From: Chrysomallon squamiferum
Lineage: Eukaryota > Animalia > Mollusca
NCBI GenBank assembly: GCA_012295275.1
Contig: CM022677.1
Coordinates: 3,596,001 to 3,660,000 of the forward strand
Reading direction: 5' to 3'
Length of the DNA stretch: 64,000 nt
The notes under the pieces were generated by a model, which saw only the letters and a program-made list of their open reading frames with translations, was not told the origin of the DNA and did no database searches. Below are positions 13,277-25,600 of the stretch, one piece after another (positions within the stretch are counted from its first letter, which is position 1; every line of letters begins with the position of its first letter). A program made the translations under genes and the position numbers.

Positions 13277-14280
13277 CTTTGTTGGACATCCAGCAGCCAA
13301 CTATTAAGGTTTGCATTATGATCCAGTCCAGACTGACACCTCGGATGGGCAGGACAGGGTACAGTATGGCGGAAGCTTACTGACATCAGACACTGACTGA
13401 TTCAAGTCAAATGATTGGTGGTTTAAGCTTTTTCACTTTTTCTTGAACTTGGATAATTTCTATAACCTGAAATTAACATTAAAAAGTTATTTATAATAGC
13501 CACAGGTCTCTGATGTTAAAATATGCAAATATGTTAAAAACTTTTTAAAACAGAAATTTAGATTATTGCATGTGTTCTGTGATTTATTTCATAGCTTTTC
13601 TTTTATTAACAGATGTAACTAATATGAATTAATACAAACCAGAACATCAGGAGCTGTCTGACTGTTTGCTAGTCTGCTTTTAAGAGATGCTATCTCTTTA
13701 GTACTTTTAACTTTCAATTCATCAGTTGTTAAACCAGAGATAGTGCTCTAGAAAAATAGATAGGTTAGACAAATATATTCAAAACAGTTTATTATTACTT
13801 TATTATTATCATTCGTATTACTATTTCATATATATCTTTTTATATTTTCTTTACTGTTCATTAAGAATGAACTGCAAGTTTAAAAATCTCCAAAGAAAAG
13901 GATATAAATGACTAAACTTGCAATTATATTTAGTTTCTAGATTAAAAATTAGCTACAGCTGCAGCAGCCAGTAAATAAAAACATTTGTCTTTTGTCTTTG
14001 TTTCATTTACTTTAATTTCTTTCTCCTATTACTACAAACTCAATTAAGCTTTGTCTTAAAACAGTTTTCACTATACCTTTCACTGGCAACCGTTGAACTA
14101 TATGCACTCTCAAGAACAGCTTTCATTAGCAAAGTCGCTATTCTATCGTCTTTCATCAACGCCGAGTTCACTGAACACTTTATCAGGATGGACCCTTCAC
14201 GTTCCTGCAATGATAACGCTATCACTGTTTCTTTTTCCAAATCTATAATATTCTACTATCGCTTTAATTTCATCCATCCA
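13277..14280 (-). pseudogene. Decayed spliced gene fragment (3 exon-like blocks)
   Basis: CpG-rich first block 14280-14040; block 13747-13640 is open (STISGLTTDELKVKSTKEIASLKSRLANSQTAPDVL) between AG and GT; block 13466-13277 ends at gtaagt and contains stops. Confidence 0.4.
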
Positions 14281-15094
14281 TCCATCTGCTGTACGTTTTG
14301 TAAGTTTCGGTTGGCGTCTTCAAATGAAAAAGAAATTAACAACAACTCTCTGTACCAAGATAAAATCCATCGTCAAGCCCACACTTACAACAATACATTA
14401 CTCCAAAAAACATGAATAACAAGCACTCCTTCCGAGAGAGTTCCATTCACAAATCCAACACCAAACGTAATTGGCTGAATTATAAAACAGTGACTATGAT
14501 TTGATCTGTAATAAACATAACCAACCAATCACCACTATTATAAATTCTGCTGTAGTCCAACTCAATTACTGAGTAACCATCCCATTGTGGAATGCACACC
14601 AATTTGAAACTGGTCCATGATATTCTGGTAAACTTAAAGAATTATGTTAACAATTATTGTTGGAGATTTGGGTACATCTAATTAACTGTTTATATTTTTT
14701 CATAGTTTTGAACAGAAAAATGCCATGTGCATTAGCTTTAACTTAATATTTATAGTTGCTTTTGTTATGTATTAATAAATATTGTATAAAAATGTACTTA
14801 ATTCAGTGTTTATATATTAGTTTACATTATAGTTGTTATAAAACTTTGTCAATTATTAAAATAGAAACATATTTTATAGTCAAAATGTTGAAGTATATTT
14901 ACTTTTATTTTCTCATAATTTTTAAAAATATTTAAAAAAAAAAAAAAAAAAATAAAAGAGAAAAATCTCAGGTCTTGTATTATTTTCTGTGCAGTTTCTC
15001 CAGTTTAAAAACGCACATTAATTTATCTTTCTCCATATTTCTCTGCATCTCTTTATAGAAAAATAATACCTCCTTCTCTGACTATCTCTGTGTT

Positions 15095-15981
15095 TGTGCT
15101 ATTCTTAATGCATGTGCTATTCTTAATGCAACCGTGTATGAAGCTTCAATGGCGGCTACATTTTTGTTTTGAAATAATCCACTGCTATCAAGCCGGCGGC
15201 TTTTGACACCAACAACTTTTGCTTTAAAAAAGTCAATACTTTTATCTTTCAAATCAGGGTGCTTAGTTTGGAGATGTCTTTGAAGTTTAGCTGGTTTCAT
15301 AGACTCATGAGCAAGAACTTCCAAACATACTACACACTGTGGTCTTTCCACCCCTGCAATAACTATGTCAGTGAATCCCCACTTCAAGAAATCATCGCTG
15401 TACTTTCTCTTTCTTACACTCATTTTTAAAGGGTTAAGAATCACTCAAACAAAACTAACTACGTGTCACTGCAAGTGCGAGTACAACACTAGGTAAGTGG
15501 GAGGCAGTGTTGCCAGATGGCTCATACGGAAATCGACTAGAACTAGCTTTGAAAATGGCTAAAAACTGGCTAGACTTAATGGCTAGTAAATGGCTAAAGA
15601 AAACTGCTAAATTTATCTGTGCATTTTTATGAATAGTTTCTCAAGTATTCTTACAAAAAATCTAGCCACTAAATGAGGTTTTTTTCGGCCAGATGCTGCC
15701 AAATTTGGCTAAATCTAGCCGGAAATCAGCTAATTTGGCAACACTGGTGGGAGGAGCGACAGTGGTGGCGCGACCAAAACAAAACAGAAACCAAACATGT
15801 TGAATACTGGCTCAGACGTTGTGTTGAGTGACTTAGGGAACTGTTACATTTAGTTTCATAGTATGAATTTATATAACTGTCTTAATATGTTTTTCACCGT
15901 GTTTTATATAATATTCACATTCGGCTCAAAATCAATTAACGACCCCATTTGGCGTCGAGGCCCACATGTTGGGAACCACTG
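15095..15981 (-). mobile_element. Buster/Charlie hAT transposon, 5'-end fragment (copy 1)
   Basis: ORF MSVRKRKYSDDFLKWGF...PQCVVCLEVLAHESMKPAKLQRHLQTKHP (BED finger, ZBED5/SCAND3-like). TIR gttgggaaccactg ends at 15981 and is followed by ATTTATAT (nnnTAnnn). Nearly identical to 60630-61406. Confidence 0.93.
15505..15746. mobile_element. 242-bp MITE nested in the hAT 5' region
   Basis: TIRs CAGTGTTGCCAGATGGCT / AGCTAATTTGGCAACACTG; perfect 8-bp TSD GTGGGAGG at 15497-15504 and 15747-15754; internal ggcta repeats. Confidence 0.92.
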
Positions 15982-17310
15982 ATTTATATATTTGATAAAT
16001 AAAAGATTCTCTCTATGTTATTTTCTATTATTCTCTAACATATAATATTGATAATTACTGAAATTATAAGGGTATTATGGTTAATGTTTTGTATGTAACA
16101 TACTAGAGATTATATATAAAAAATAAAACAAGCTCTTGTTACTGGAAGAAACGGGATCCCGCTGGGCTAAAATGAAATTTTGTTATCTATCACAGTTTAG
16201 TTACATTGAAAATTACAGAAAGAGGCAGATCTTCTGGAGTCACAACGGTTATACTGCTTGTGTAACGACTAGCGCTATGGCCATAAGGTTGCAAGAAACC
16301 CAGGGGATAATTATCATTTCCTATACATTACAGCAATCAGCACTTGAGTTAGTTACAGAAGGTTTTTTTGATGCACTGGCAACCATCATGTATTTTGGAA
16401 AAACGAATTAGTTTAGATGAAACCATTTTGATTTTGCTGATATGAATATTCACACATCTCCTACACAGGCACTACAACAATGAGAAGTGTTTTGATATTT
16501 TCATTTCACAATGGAAATTCAGTTTAAATTCTAATTAAAAATGAAAAGGTAGGTTTTTCTGTCTGTCCTTTTCTTTCTGTTATTTTTATTTATTTAATTT
16601 TATTTTTTATTTTTACTGAAAAGTAAGTTTATTAAATATGTATTTAATTTTTACAAAGCCATTAATAATAATTTAAAAAACAAAAACTTATTAGACATTG
16701 TTATAGTGAAAAAGTGAAGAGTAAACTCAAAAAGCAAGTTTATGCTAAACATTTCACTAGAGCAAAAACATGAAAAATTTACTTTTCAACGTTCAGTTCC
16801 AAAATAGTGGCGTTTTTAATCATCCAAAGTATTGTAAATTTACTAAATGTTGTGTCCTGTTTAAAAAGTCAGTTTACTAAATATGAAATCAGAAAATGAT
16901 CAATCTTTAAGTGTTATAATACATGTTAATTTTTATGATTTTTTCTTTTCTATTTTTCCTTTCTTTCTTTATTATTATTTGTTCCTGCAAATATTTGCAG
17001 ATTACTTTTTAAAGCTTATTTATTTCATTCTTTTCTTTTCTTTTTTTTTCTTTGTAAAACAAAAGTCCTGTATGAGCAGTATTGTTATTATTATTATTGT
17101 TATTATTACTCTTGTTGTTATTATAAAACAAAGGTCAGAGGTTATAACGGTGCCTATCAAATTTAACCTATATTCTTAATATTTCGTTAAAACACAACAA
17201 TGTCGCTGACTTTCTGGTAAAATAAAACGTAAAATACGTCGCAATATCTCATTGTTATTTGTGTAAACTGCGGTTATAAAATAAAATATCATATTAAACT
17301 GTTCTAGTGA

Positions 17311-18298
17311 GATAACAACTTTTTATATTTCTGAACATATACTGGTATACTGATATCTAACTATGAATGTATCTAATACAAGATTACAACTTTCTATATT
17401 TCTGAACATGTACTGGTATACTGATATCTAACTATGAATGTATCTAATAGAAGATAACAACTTTCTATATTTCTGAACATATACTGGTATTCTGATATCT
17501 AACTATGAATGTATCTAATAGAAGATAACAACTTTCTATATTTCTGAACATGTACTGGTATTCTGATATCTAACTATGAATGTATCTAATAGAAGATTAC
17601 AACTTTCTATATTTCTGAACATGTACTGGTATTCTGATATCTAACTATGATTGTATCTAATAGAAGATTACAACTTTCTATATTTCTGAACATGTACTGG
17701 TATTCTGATATCTAACTATGAATGTATCTAATAGAAGATAACAACTTTCTATATTTCTGAACATGTACTGGTATTCTGATATCTAACTATGATTGTATCT
17801 AATAGAACATAACAACTTTCTATATTTCTGAACATGTACTGGTATTCTGATATCTAACTATGATTGTATCTAATAGAAGATAACAACTTTCTATATTTCT
17901 GAACATGTACTGGTATTCTGATATCTAACTATGAATGTATCTAATAGAAGATAACAACTTTCTATATTTCTGAACATGTACTGGTATTCTGATATCTAAC
18001 TATGAATGTATCTAATAGAAGATTACAACTTTCTATATTTCTGAACATATACTGGTATACTGATATCTAACTATGAATGTATCTAATAGAAGATTACAAC
18101 TTTCTATATTTCTGAACATATACTGGTATACTGATATCTAACTATGAATGTATCTAATAGAAGATTACAACTTTCTATATTTCTGAACATATACTGGTAT
18201 TCTGATATCTAACTCTGAATGTATCTAATAGAAGATTACAACTTTCTATATTTCTGAACATATACTGGTATTCTGATATCTAACTATGAATGTATCTA
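17311..18298. repeat. 71-bp minisatellite, ~14 near-identical copies
   Basis: gataacaactttctatatttctgaacat(a/g)tactggtat(a/t)ctgatatctaactatgaatgtatctaatagaa, period 71 (17311, 17382...). Confidence 0.97.
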
Positions 18299-19249
18299 GC
18301 AGATATCACATTAACAACAAGCATTCTCACTTTTTACTATTAATCCGGAAGATAAACGACTTACTTTCTCACTTGTTCATGTATAATCGCTGATGCCGGA
18401 AGAATAGAAATATATGCAAACCCCAGCTACATAAACTTCTAGAACAATGCATTTATAAAACATTTCAAAAACTGTTTACATAGTATCCTTTTTTCTGTTA
18501 TTTTTTTTTTTTTTTATCTGTAAATAAAAGTGTAACCTCTCAAAACATTATTTTACAAAAACATTACCGCACTGGCTGCTACACCATCATATTTTGTATC
18601 ATATTTTGTATAAACAAGAATGTATATCGCCAAATATAACAATATCGTTATTAAATCTGCTTTTTTTAGGATGTGCTTTGGATGGGTATTGAAATTACTT
18701 ATTAATTTTATTACGCTGTACAACAGAAGGTGCTGAAAGGTAAGATTGATGTTCATCAAACACAGAGACACACAGAGATACAGAGACCAGGATGAATTAC
18801 ATTTAATTGTAAACTGACGGACATGTTGGATGAAGGGAAAGGAATCAAAGATGATTTGATGCATTTTTGTTAAACGGATTACAGAGATTATAGATTAATA
18901 GGAAGATAGATATGTATGTGGATAGATAGATAGATAGATATAGAATAAAAAATGTTGATATGACCGTGTCATAGTTTGTTTACAATTAATAAAAAATGTA
19001 TTAGTCTAATCTCGCGCCCACTCAACTTTTTCTTTATAACATCTTACAGTTTTAGAAAAGATTATTAATCTGTACGTTTCTCTTAAATAACAGCTACAGT
19101 AGTATCTCAAAACAAATAATATACTATTTGAAGTACTAGAAGAATTATTGTACTACTTTTTCACATTAAACTGATTTGACATACAGATATTATGATTATG
19201 ATCTATCTGTCTATATATTTATCTATATATACATAAATCTTGCATAAAA

Positions 19250-19640
19250 CAGTCTTTGTATATGACTGTGCGTGTGCGTGCAAAACATTGACGGTAGTTA
19301 GAAATGTGGGAATTATAGGCCTAACGCTGGGTTTGATCTTTTTCGAGACAGATCTGAGATATGTCTAGTCGACATATTTATATTTCCCGCCGATCTTTCT
19401 ACGTCACTGCAAATCTTTAGTAGAAAATTGTTTCGTCGTTTTTACATTGAGATCAATGGTTGTAAAACGCAATCGTTTATTTTAATAGTTTTTTTTTTTA
19501 TCAAAACAATTTCATTGGTTTACAAGCAACGAAAATTAGGAAATACTGATAACAATACAAGTGAAAGGGAGAGTAATTTCTACTAACTGTCGTGACAATG
19601 CAGGTACCTATTTGTGAACGTGGAGTGCGATTTATTTATT
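19250..19640. promoter_or_regulatory. Promoter-like CpG patch
   Basis: CpG enrichment; tgtgggaattatagg (reverse CCTATAATTCCCACA) resembles the ZNF143/THAP11 ACTACAATTCCCA motif; tttcccgcc is E2F-like; caggtac donor-like site at ~19603. Confidence 0.4.
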
Positions 19641-19657
19641 TTTGGTTTACTTCTTTC

Positions 19658-19694
<37 letters not shown>

Positions 19695-20250
19695 AGAGGT
19701 TTCTGTGTTTTTCTATTTAACTAATCAAATCTAATAAAATCTATCAATTTTCTGAACATTAATATAGGCAGTCGAAATCAATCTAGTCAGCCACACTCAT
19801 TTTTCTCTTAAGTACATATCTTTTTTTACTTTCCTGTTTGTTTCGTTTACTTTCACATGTTTTAATTTAACATTTCAGCATGCCCGAAAAGGTGAAATAT
19901 ACCCTTCGCTTGAGTAGTTTCTACTTTGATATTGATAACAGAACTGATAGAACAGGTTCAAACATTGATCTTACACATACACACACACAAGAGAAATAAA
20001 TGTTGTGCCATTTTATTGTAGTGTGAACTGTAAGCTTTGTGATTTTATTTGATGCATAAATATAAATAAATAAAAAAGAAGAAAGAAAAAGTAGGGGGGA
20101 AAATAACAACACCGTTTATTTGAAGTTTACGTCAATGATTGGCTAATATAAAGCAAAAAATAATAATAATAAAAAAAAGAACCGTATCGAGTATATTTTA
20201 GTAAAGGTTGTTATGTTCCTTTATTTTATTTATTTGTTTTAAAAACTTTA

Positions 20251-20285
<35 letters not shown>

Positions 20286-20816
20286 TATTTTCGGAAAAAT
20301 GCGGGATGATTGTCGGGACTTTACGGATTTACTTTTTTATTTGACGTTCGAAGAATCTTCTACAGAATTGGTGTAATTGCATTATCATGCAACAAAAAAG
20401 TTGCTTAAAGTATTTCATTTTGTGAAGCAGACAGGTAGTACTATTTATTATTATAGTTGTTAATGAGTTTGGATTTTTTTGATTTGATTTAAGTATAATT
20501 TAAACGTCACAGCCACCTGATGGCAGCCATCTTATTGAAGTTTATTCGGGAATAATATTTATTTATTTATTTATTTATTTATTTATTATTATTATTATTT
20601 ATACGGGAAAAATATTTATTTATTTATTATTTATTTTTTTATTATTTGTTATTATTTGTTTTTTCTTCAAATAACGACACTCGATTAATAACAAATTCGC
20701 CAGTGTTTATACTAATGTGAACTGCATAAACAGTAATTAAATTTGTTTTAAAAGAAATTGACATGTGTAGCACCACCAAAGTAAACACCACATGTGTCAA
20801 CTCACATTTTTTTATT

Positions 20817-20867
<51 letters not shown>

Positions 20868-20880
20868 TTATTTTTTATTT

Positions 20881-20923
<43 letters not shown>

Positions 20924-21249
20924 CTAATAAAACTATTTTAAGAAAATATACTGATTTTGTTTGGTAGGTTTATTTCCAATTTTTTTTTTTTTTTTTTTTT
21001 AATTTATGTTAAATTGCTAACTTGCTCTATCCATTATTAAACATATTTTTTTTTTTTTTTTACCATATTAAAGTTTATAATAGGTGGGGCCCTAAATGCT
21101 TTCATACTATTAAAGCTAAATACCTGTATAGCTCAATGTTAACGTTAAAAACTTATAAAGATGAATAAAAATTTAAGAAAAATATGACCAGGTTATTTCA
21201 TATGTAGACACTGTAAAATATTAATAAAATTATTTGTTATAATAATATT

Positions 21250-21296
<47 letters not shown>

Positions 21297-22100
21297 ATTT
21301 GTAATCATAATCACAAAATATATTAATACACTATACAGTCTTAATTCACAAAAACTACTAAAATTATTCTTTTTTGAAGTAGGTGTCTTATGCAGATAAT
21401 ATGACTAAAACTACGACATCCAAAACTATTTACCTCTGTATCTACAGATAATGTACCTGGTTGACATTAATTGCTTCATCACACCTATATGTATTACAAC
21501 ATGTTCAACTCATATAGTATAAACCTATGAATGTATAAGGTCTTTATCATTATTATTCATATCATTACTAATATTTATTTATTTTTGATGTTTTCCAGGA
21601 CAAATTAAAATCATCATTGGCACTGATATTGCAGAAAGTATAAGGAGAAAATATTCCAAATGAATTTAAAGAATGTTTCTATGAAAAATCAGATGTGATT
21701 GAAACATTTTATAAATTTCTCATCCAGCTACACAATCATTGACCAGTATCACACTGTAGAGTGCAAGTGCTGCTGGAATACTGTAATATGATGTATTGAT
21801 GGTTTACATTCAGCATGGACAGGAACAAGAAGAAAAGGGCAGTTTTGTGAAAACAAGCTGATGCTGGTAAAAAGACTTGCCAAACAAAACTTGGTAGATG
21901 ACTGTGTGTGACAGTGGGAAAGACAACAGTCAGGAAGTTGAGCAGCAGGTGACGTCTCACCACACTCGAATAACCGGGCTAGTCCTGTACCTGATAATGT
22001 GAATCAGCAGTCTGGTGTCAAGTAATGTGTCAGGCCTGTGTTAGAATGTTTTCAGAAACCTCTCAACAGTGGCAGGGTATGCTCTTTTATTAGTTTATAC

Positions 22101-22146
<46 letters not shown>

Positions 22147-22649
22147 TATATTGCTTGAATGATAATAAGCAAACAAAATTGCATTTATCAGACAAATGTA
22201 GATTGATAAACAAAAAATTAAAACAAAAAATCATGTATTTGTTGAAATTTCTGAAAACTTTGTTTACCATTGATGTTAAATATTTTATGTAGCTCATTGC
22301 AGTATTGTTCAGTTGCTGTCTAGAAAGGGAATTTACGTTATGGAGAAGGATGAATCAGCTGTACAGAAACTGCAGATTGCACAATTCCAAGTTGTGAGTT
22401 TTTATCTTATTTTTATTTCTTAGCAAGTAATAACAGAAACATTAATTATTTATTTATAAAAGTTTATTGTTTTTATTATTTTATTTGTATTTTGAGTTTG
22501 TTTTCTTATTATTCTAAACCTAATGAAGTTTAATTTGATTTAATGTAGGAAGTTGCATTTTGTAACTAATATAGCAATAAGTACACATGCACATACATTA
22601 GTATTTTGTAACATACACTACATTTTATATCATGTTACATGTCTTTCCC

Positions 22650-22720
<71 letters not shown>

Positions 22721-22772
22721 GCAGATGACATACACTTCCATTCATACAGAGCTGATTAGCTTGTTGTCTATA

Positions 22773-25600
22773 CAGTATTCCCTCGCTATTTGTGGGGGTT
22801 ACATTCTTTACCCCCCCAGCGAATAGCAAAAAACTGCGAATACTGGATGCAGTTTTAAAACGTTTATGTATGAGATTATATACGGTACTAAATGCTTCCC
22901 AAACACTTTCTAAAGACACTGTTACTCATTAATACAGTAATAATGTAGTAATATTGCATGCAGTTATGTATTTCACTAATGTAGTAATGATAATGTAAAC
23001 ACATTTTAATTTTGTACTGCAACAACATTTTAATCAAAAAGAAATGTAAGTTCAGGAGGACAGTAACACCACATAGCATAGTTACCCATACAGTATTACT
23101 GTACCGTAAAGTCATTTTCTATGTACAACATATGTATTAGAATTGACAGAAAGTGGAATAAATTTAAAGGCAAACTTAGATAAATACAGTACGCACAGTT
23201 CAGGTAATAATAATACAGTACAGTACAATTCAGTAATAATATGCAATTAAAAATATTATTAATACATGGTCACAAAAAATATGCACTGTACATACAGTGT
23301 ATGCATTTATAAAAAAATACGTACTGTATTGCAATAATAATTGAAAAAAAAAAAGTATATTGTTTGCCAATAATGAATGATAATAAAATGATGATGAAAC
23401 TTGCAGTGCCATATGATGATGATGATAACACTAATGTACAGTATGGCACAGCTTAGCTGCTGCTTTACGGCACTTTAGGTAATTACTCCTCCTCTTCAGG
23501 CACTTAAGGAGAAAGCTCCATTTCTTCAGGAGAGTCAAGAGGTTGTGTTGTTTCTTTAGGAGAGTCAGGAGGAGGTGTCTTACTTTCTTCGGGTGTGGCT
23601 TGGTTTGATGTTTTGGGTACCTTCTTTAGGAACATGGTTATTGGCAGCTGGTTCCGTTGTTTTTTCATAGTGATGAATAGAGTTTTGTAGGTCGACATGG
23701 TAGAGTCAGTTGCATTTGAGAATTGCAGCGAACGAACCATGTAAGGGTCCCATGGCTTGGCAGTCTCTTGCAAATCCTTTGCTTTTGACATGAGTTGAGC
23801 CAACCGTTCTAGAGTCAGACCCTCGTCCTCGTCCTCTTCCTCTTGTGATGTTCTTCCTGGCCTCTGTTTCTTCTTCACTGGCAGATTTCCTCAACTCTGC
23901 CAAATCTTCGACCATTAGAGGCTGAGAGTGGGCGTTAATCAGGCCATTGAACTCTTCATAAGTTATGTCATCAAAGCCTTCACCACCGATTAACTTTGCT
24001 AGTTTAACTGACTTGTTGACAGCATCATGTTGAATTTCATCCGGTGAGAACCCTTTGTAATCATGAACACATTCTGGCCACAGATTTTTCCAACATTCAT
24101 TTATTGTTTCTTTTTTCATGTCTTGAAGTGCCTTGTGTATGACTGTTAGGCACGATGCAATTGTGAAATTGCGCCAGTACACTTTCAACTGGAAGTCCTC
24201 ATTCTCGTCTATTTCATCAACTAATTGTTGAAGACAGCTGCCAGTGTAAAGTGCCTTAAAGGCACGAATCACTCCTTGATCCATAGGCTGGAGCAGGGAT
24301 GTTGCATTGAGAGGGAGGAACTCGATCTGGACTCCCTCATGATACAGATCCGCAGGGTGACTGCCAGCATTATCCATGATCAGCAACACTCGAAATTCGA
24401 GTTCTTTTTTGCGAATGTATTCTTCCACTTGAGGGATGAAACACTGAAGAAACCAGTTGGATGCCAGGAGCTTCGTAATCCAGGCCTTGGAATTATGCAT
24501 CCAGAAGACAGGCAAAGTGTTTTTATTTTTGTTCTTCAGAGCCCTGGACTTTGCAGATTTATAAATGAGACCAGGTTTCATCATCCAGCCAACAGCATTG
24601 CCACACATAATAAGTGTCACTCTGTCCTTTTGTGCTTTGAATCCTGGGGCTTTCAGTTCGTCCTTCATGATGAAAGTTCTGGAAGGCATTTTTTTCCAGA
24701 ACAACCCAGTCTTGTCCATGTTGAAGACCTGCTCTGGCTTGTATCCCTTCTCCTCAGTGAGTTTCTTAAAGGCCTCAGGATTTTCCAAATCGTAGTTGGT
24801 AACGTTTCAGGAAACAATTGAACCAACCCTTGCTGGCATGAAATTCTTCGGCATCAGCTGCTGTTGATAGTCCTGGTTGTCCTTCAGTGAATTGAGAATA
24901 TAATTTCAAAGCCTTCTTTTGAATGATCTTGGTGTCCAAAGGGATATTTTTCTTTCGCAAGTCTTGTATCCACAATGCTAAGGCAGATTCCATCCTCACA
25001 ATTGCCTTGTTTCTTACAACATTCACCATCTTAGCTCTTCCACAAAAATTCGTATCTACACTAGCTCTGATTGCTTGTTCATTTTTCTTTATGTAATGCA
25101 CGCTGCTCTCATTCACTCCATAATGGTGTCCTACAGCAGCATAACCTTTTCCTTCCTTTATCATATCAAGCAGTTGTACCTTCTCATGCAGGGTCATAAC
25201 CTTTTTCTGGCGCTTAGGTTCCTTGCCAGAAGCTGGAGGTGTAGGGCATTTGAATGGCATTGTAGGGTGTAAATAATATTATAAAAATAAACACTTGAAT
25301 TTACAGTCCAAACAACCACGTTGAAAACTCACACGTGAATGAGAGAGAGAAACAGCTGATCATTAACTCGCATATGCAGCCAATCAGCAAGAAGGAGAAA
25401 CTAAAACTGTCAGCCATTGGCTAAATTCAAACCTATTTCCTAGCCTCCTCTGGACCGAGCGCTGTGTGTGCGTGTGTAGTGCGTTACCGGCTGTGCTTTG
25501 CCGTTTGCGTTGTGAGGGAAGCTGAGGCAGTCGTCCAATAGCAGCCCAGCCACTGTTCAGTGAAGACGTCAATCGATAAAAACTGCTCGAGAGGTCTCTC
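22773..25600 (-). mobile_element. Tigger/pogo (TIGD1-like) DNA transposon, decayed; 5' TIR not found
   Basis: TA followed by terminal sequence CAGTATTCCCTCGCTATTTGTGGGGGTTAC at 22773; transposase fragments 25260-23504. Confidence 0.9.
23504..25260 (-). pseudogene. Tigger transposase pseudogene (HTH-psq/CENP-B HTH plus DDE_1), split over three frames
   Basis: KVMTLHEKVQLLD, FHASKGWF (ORF 25260-24775); VFNMDKTGLFWKKMP, LIMDNAGSH, LLQPMDQGVI (ORF 24788-23706); C-terminal DPYMVRSLQF...QLPITMF (ORF 23878-23504). Confidence 0.93.

Noticed and set aside
17311-18298. CRISPR-like array
   Set aside because: Units are contiguous and near-identical with no unique spacers; eukaryotic context and no cas genes. 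The same applies to 34420-35475.
21599-21660. DEAH helicase motif V-like peptide GQIKIIIGTDIAES
   Set aside because: The paralogous exon at 47492-47402 shows the conserved frame is IIG.DLQKVYGEN.PNEFKE; the resemblance arises from a 1-nt insertion.
24225-25272. Plus-strand ORFs of 198, 76 and 65 aa (also 59268-60745)
   Set aside because: Antisense shadows of the transposase frames.
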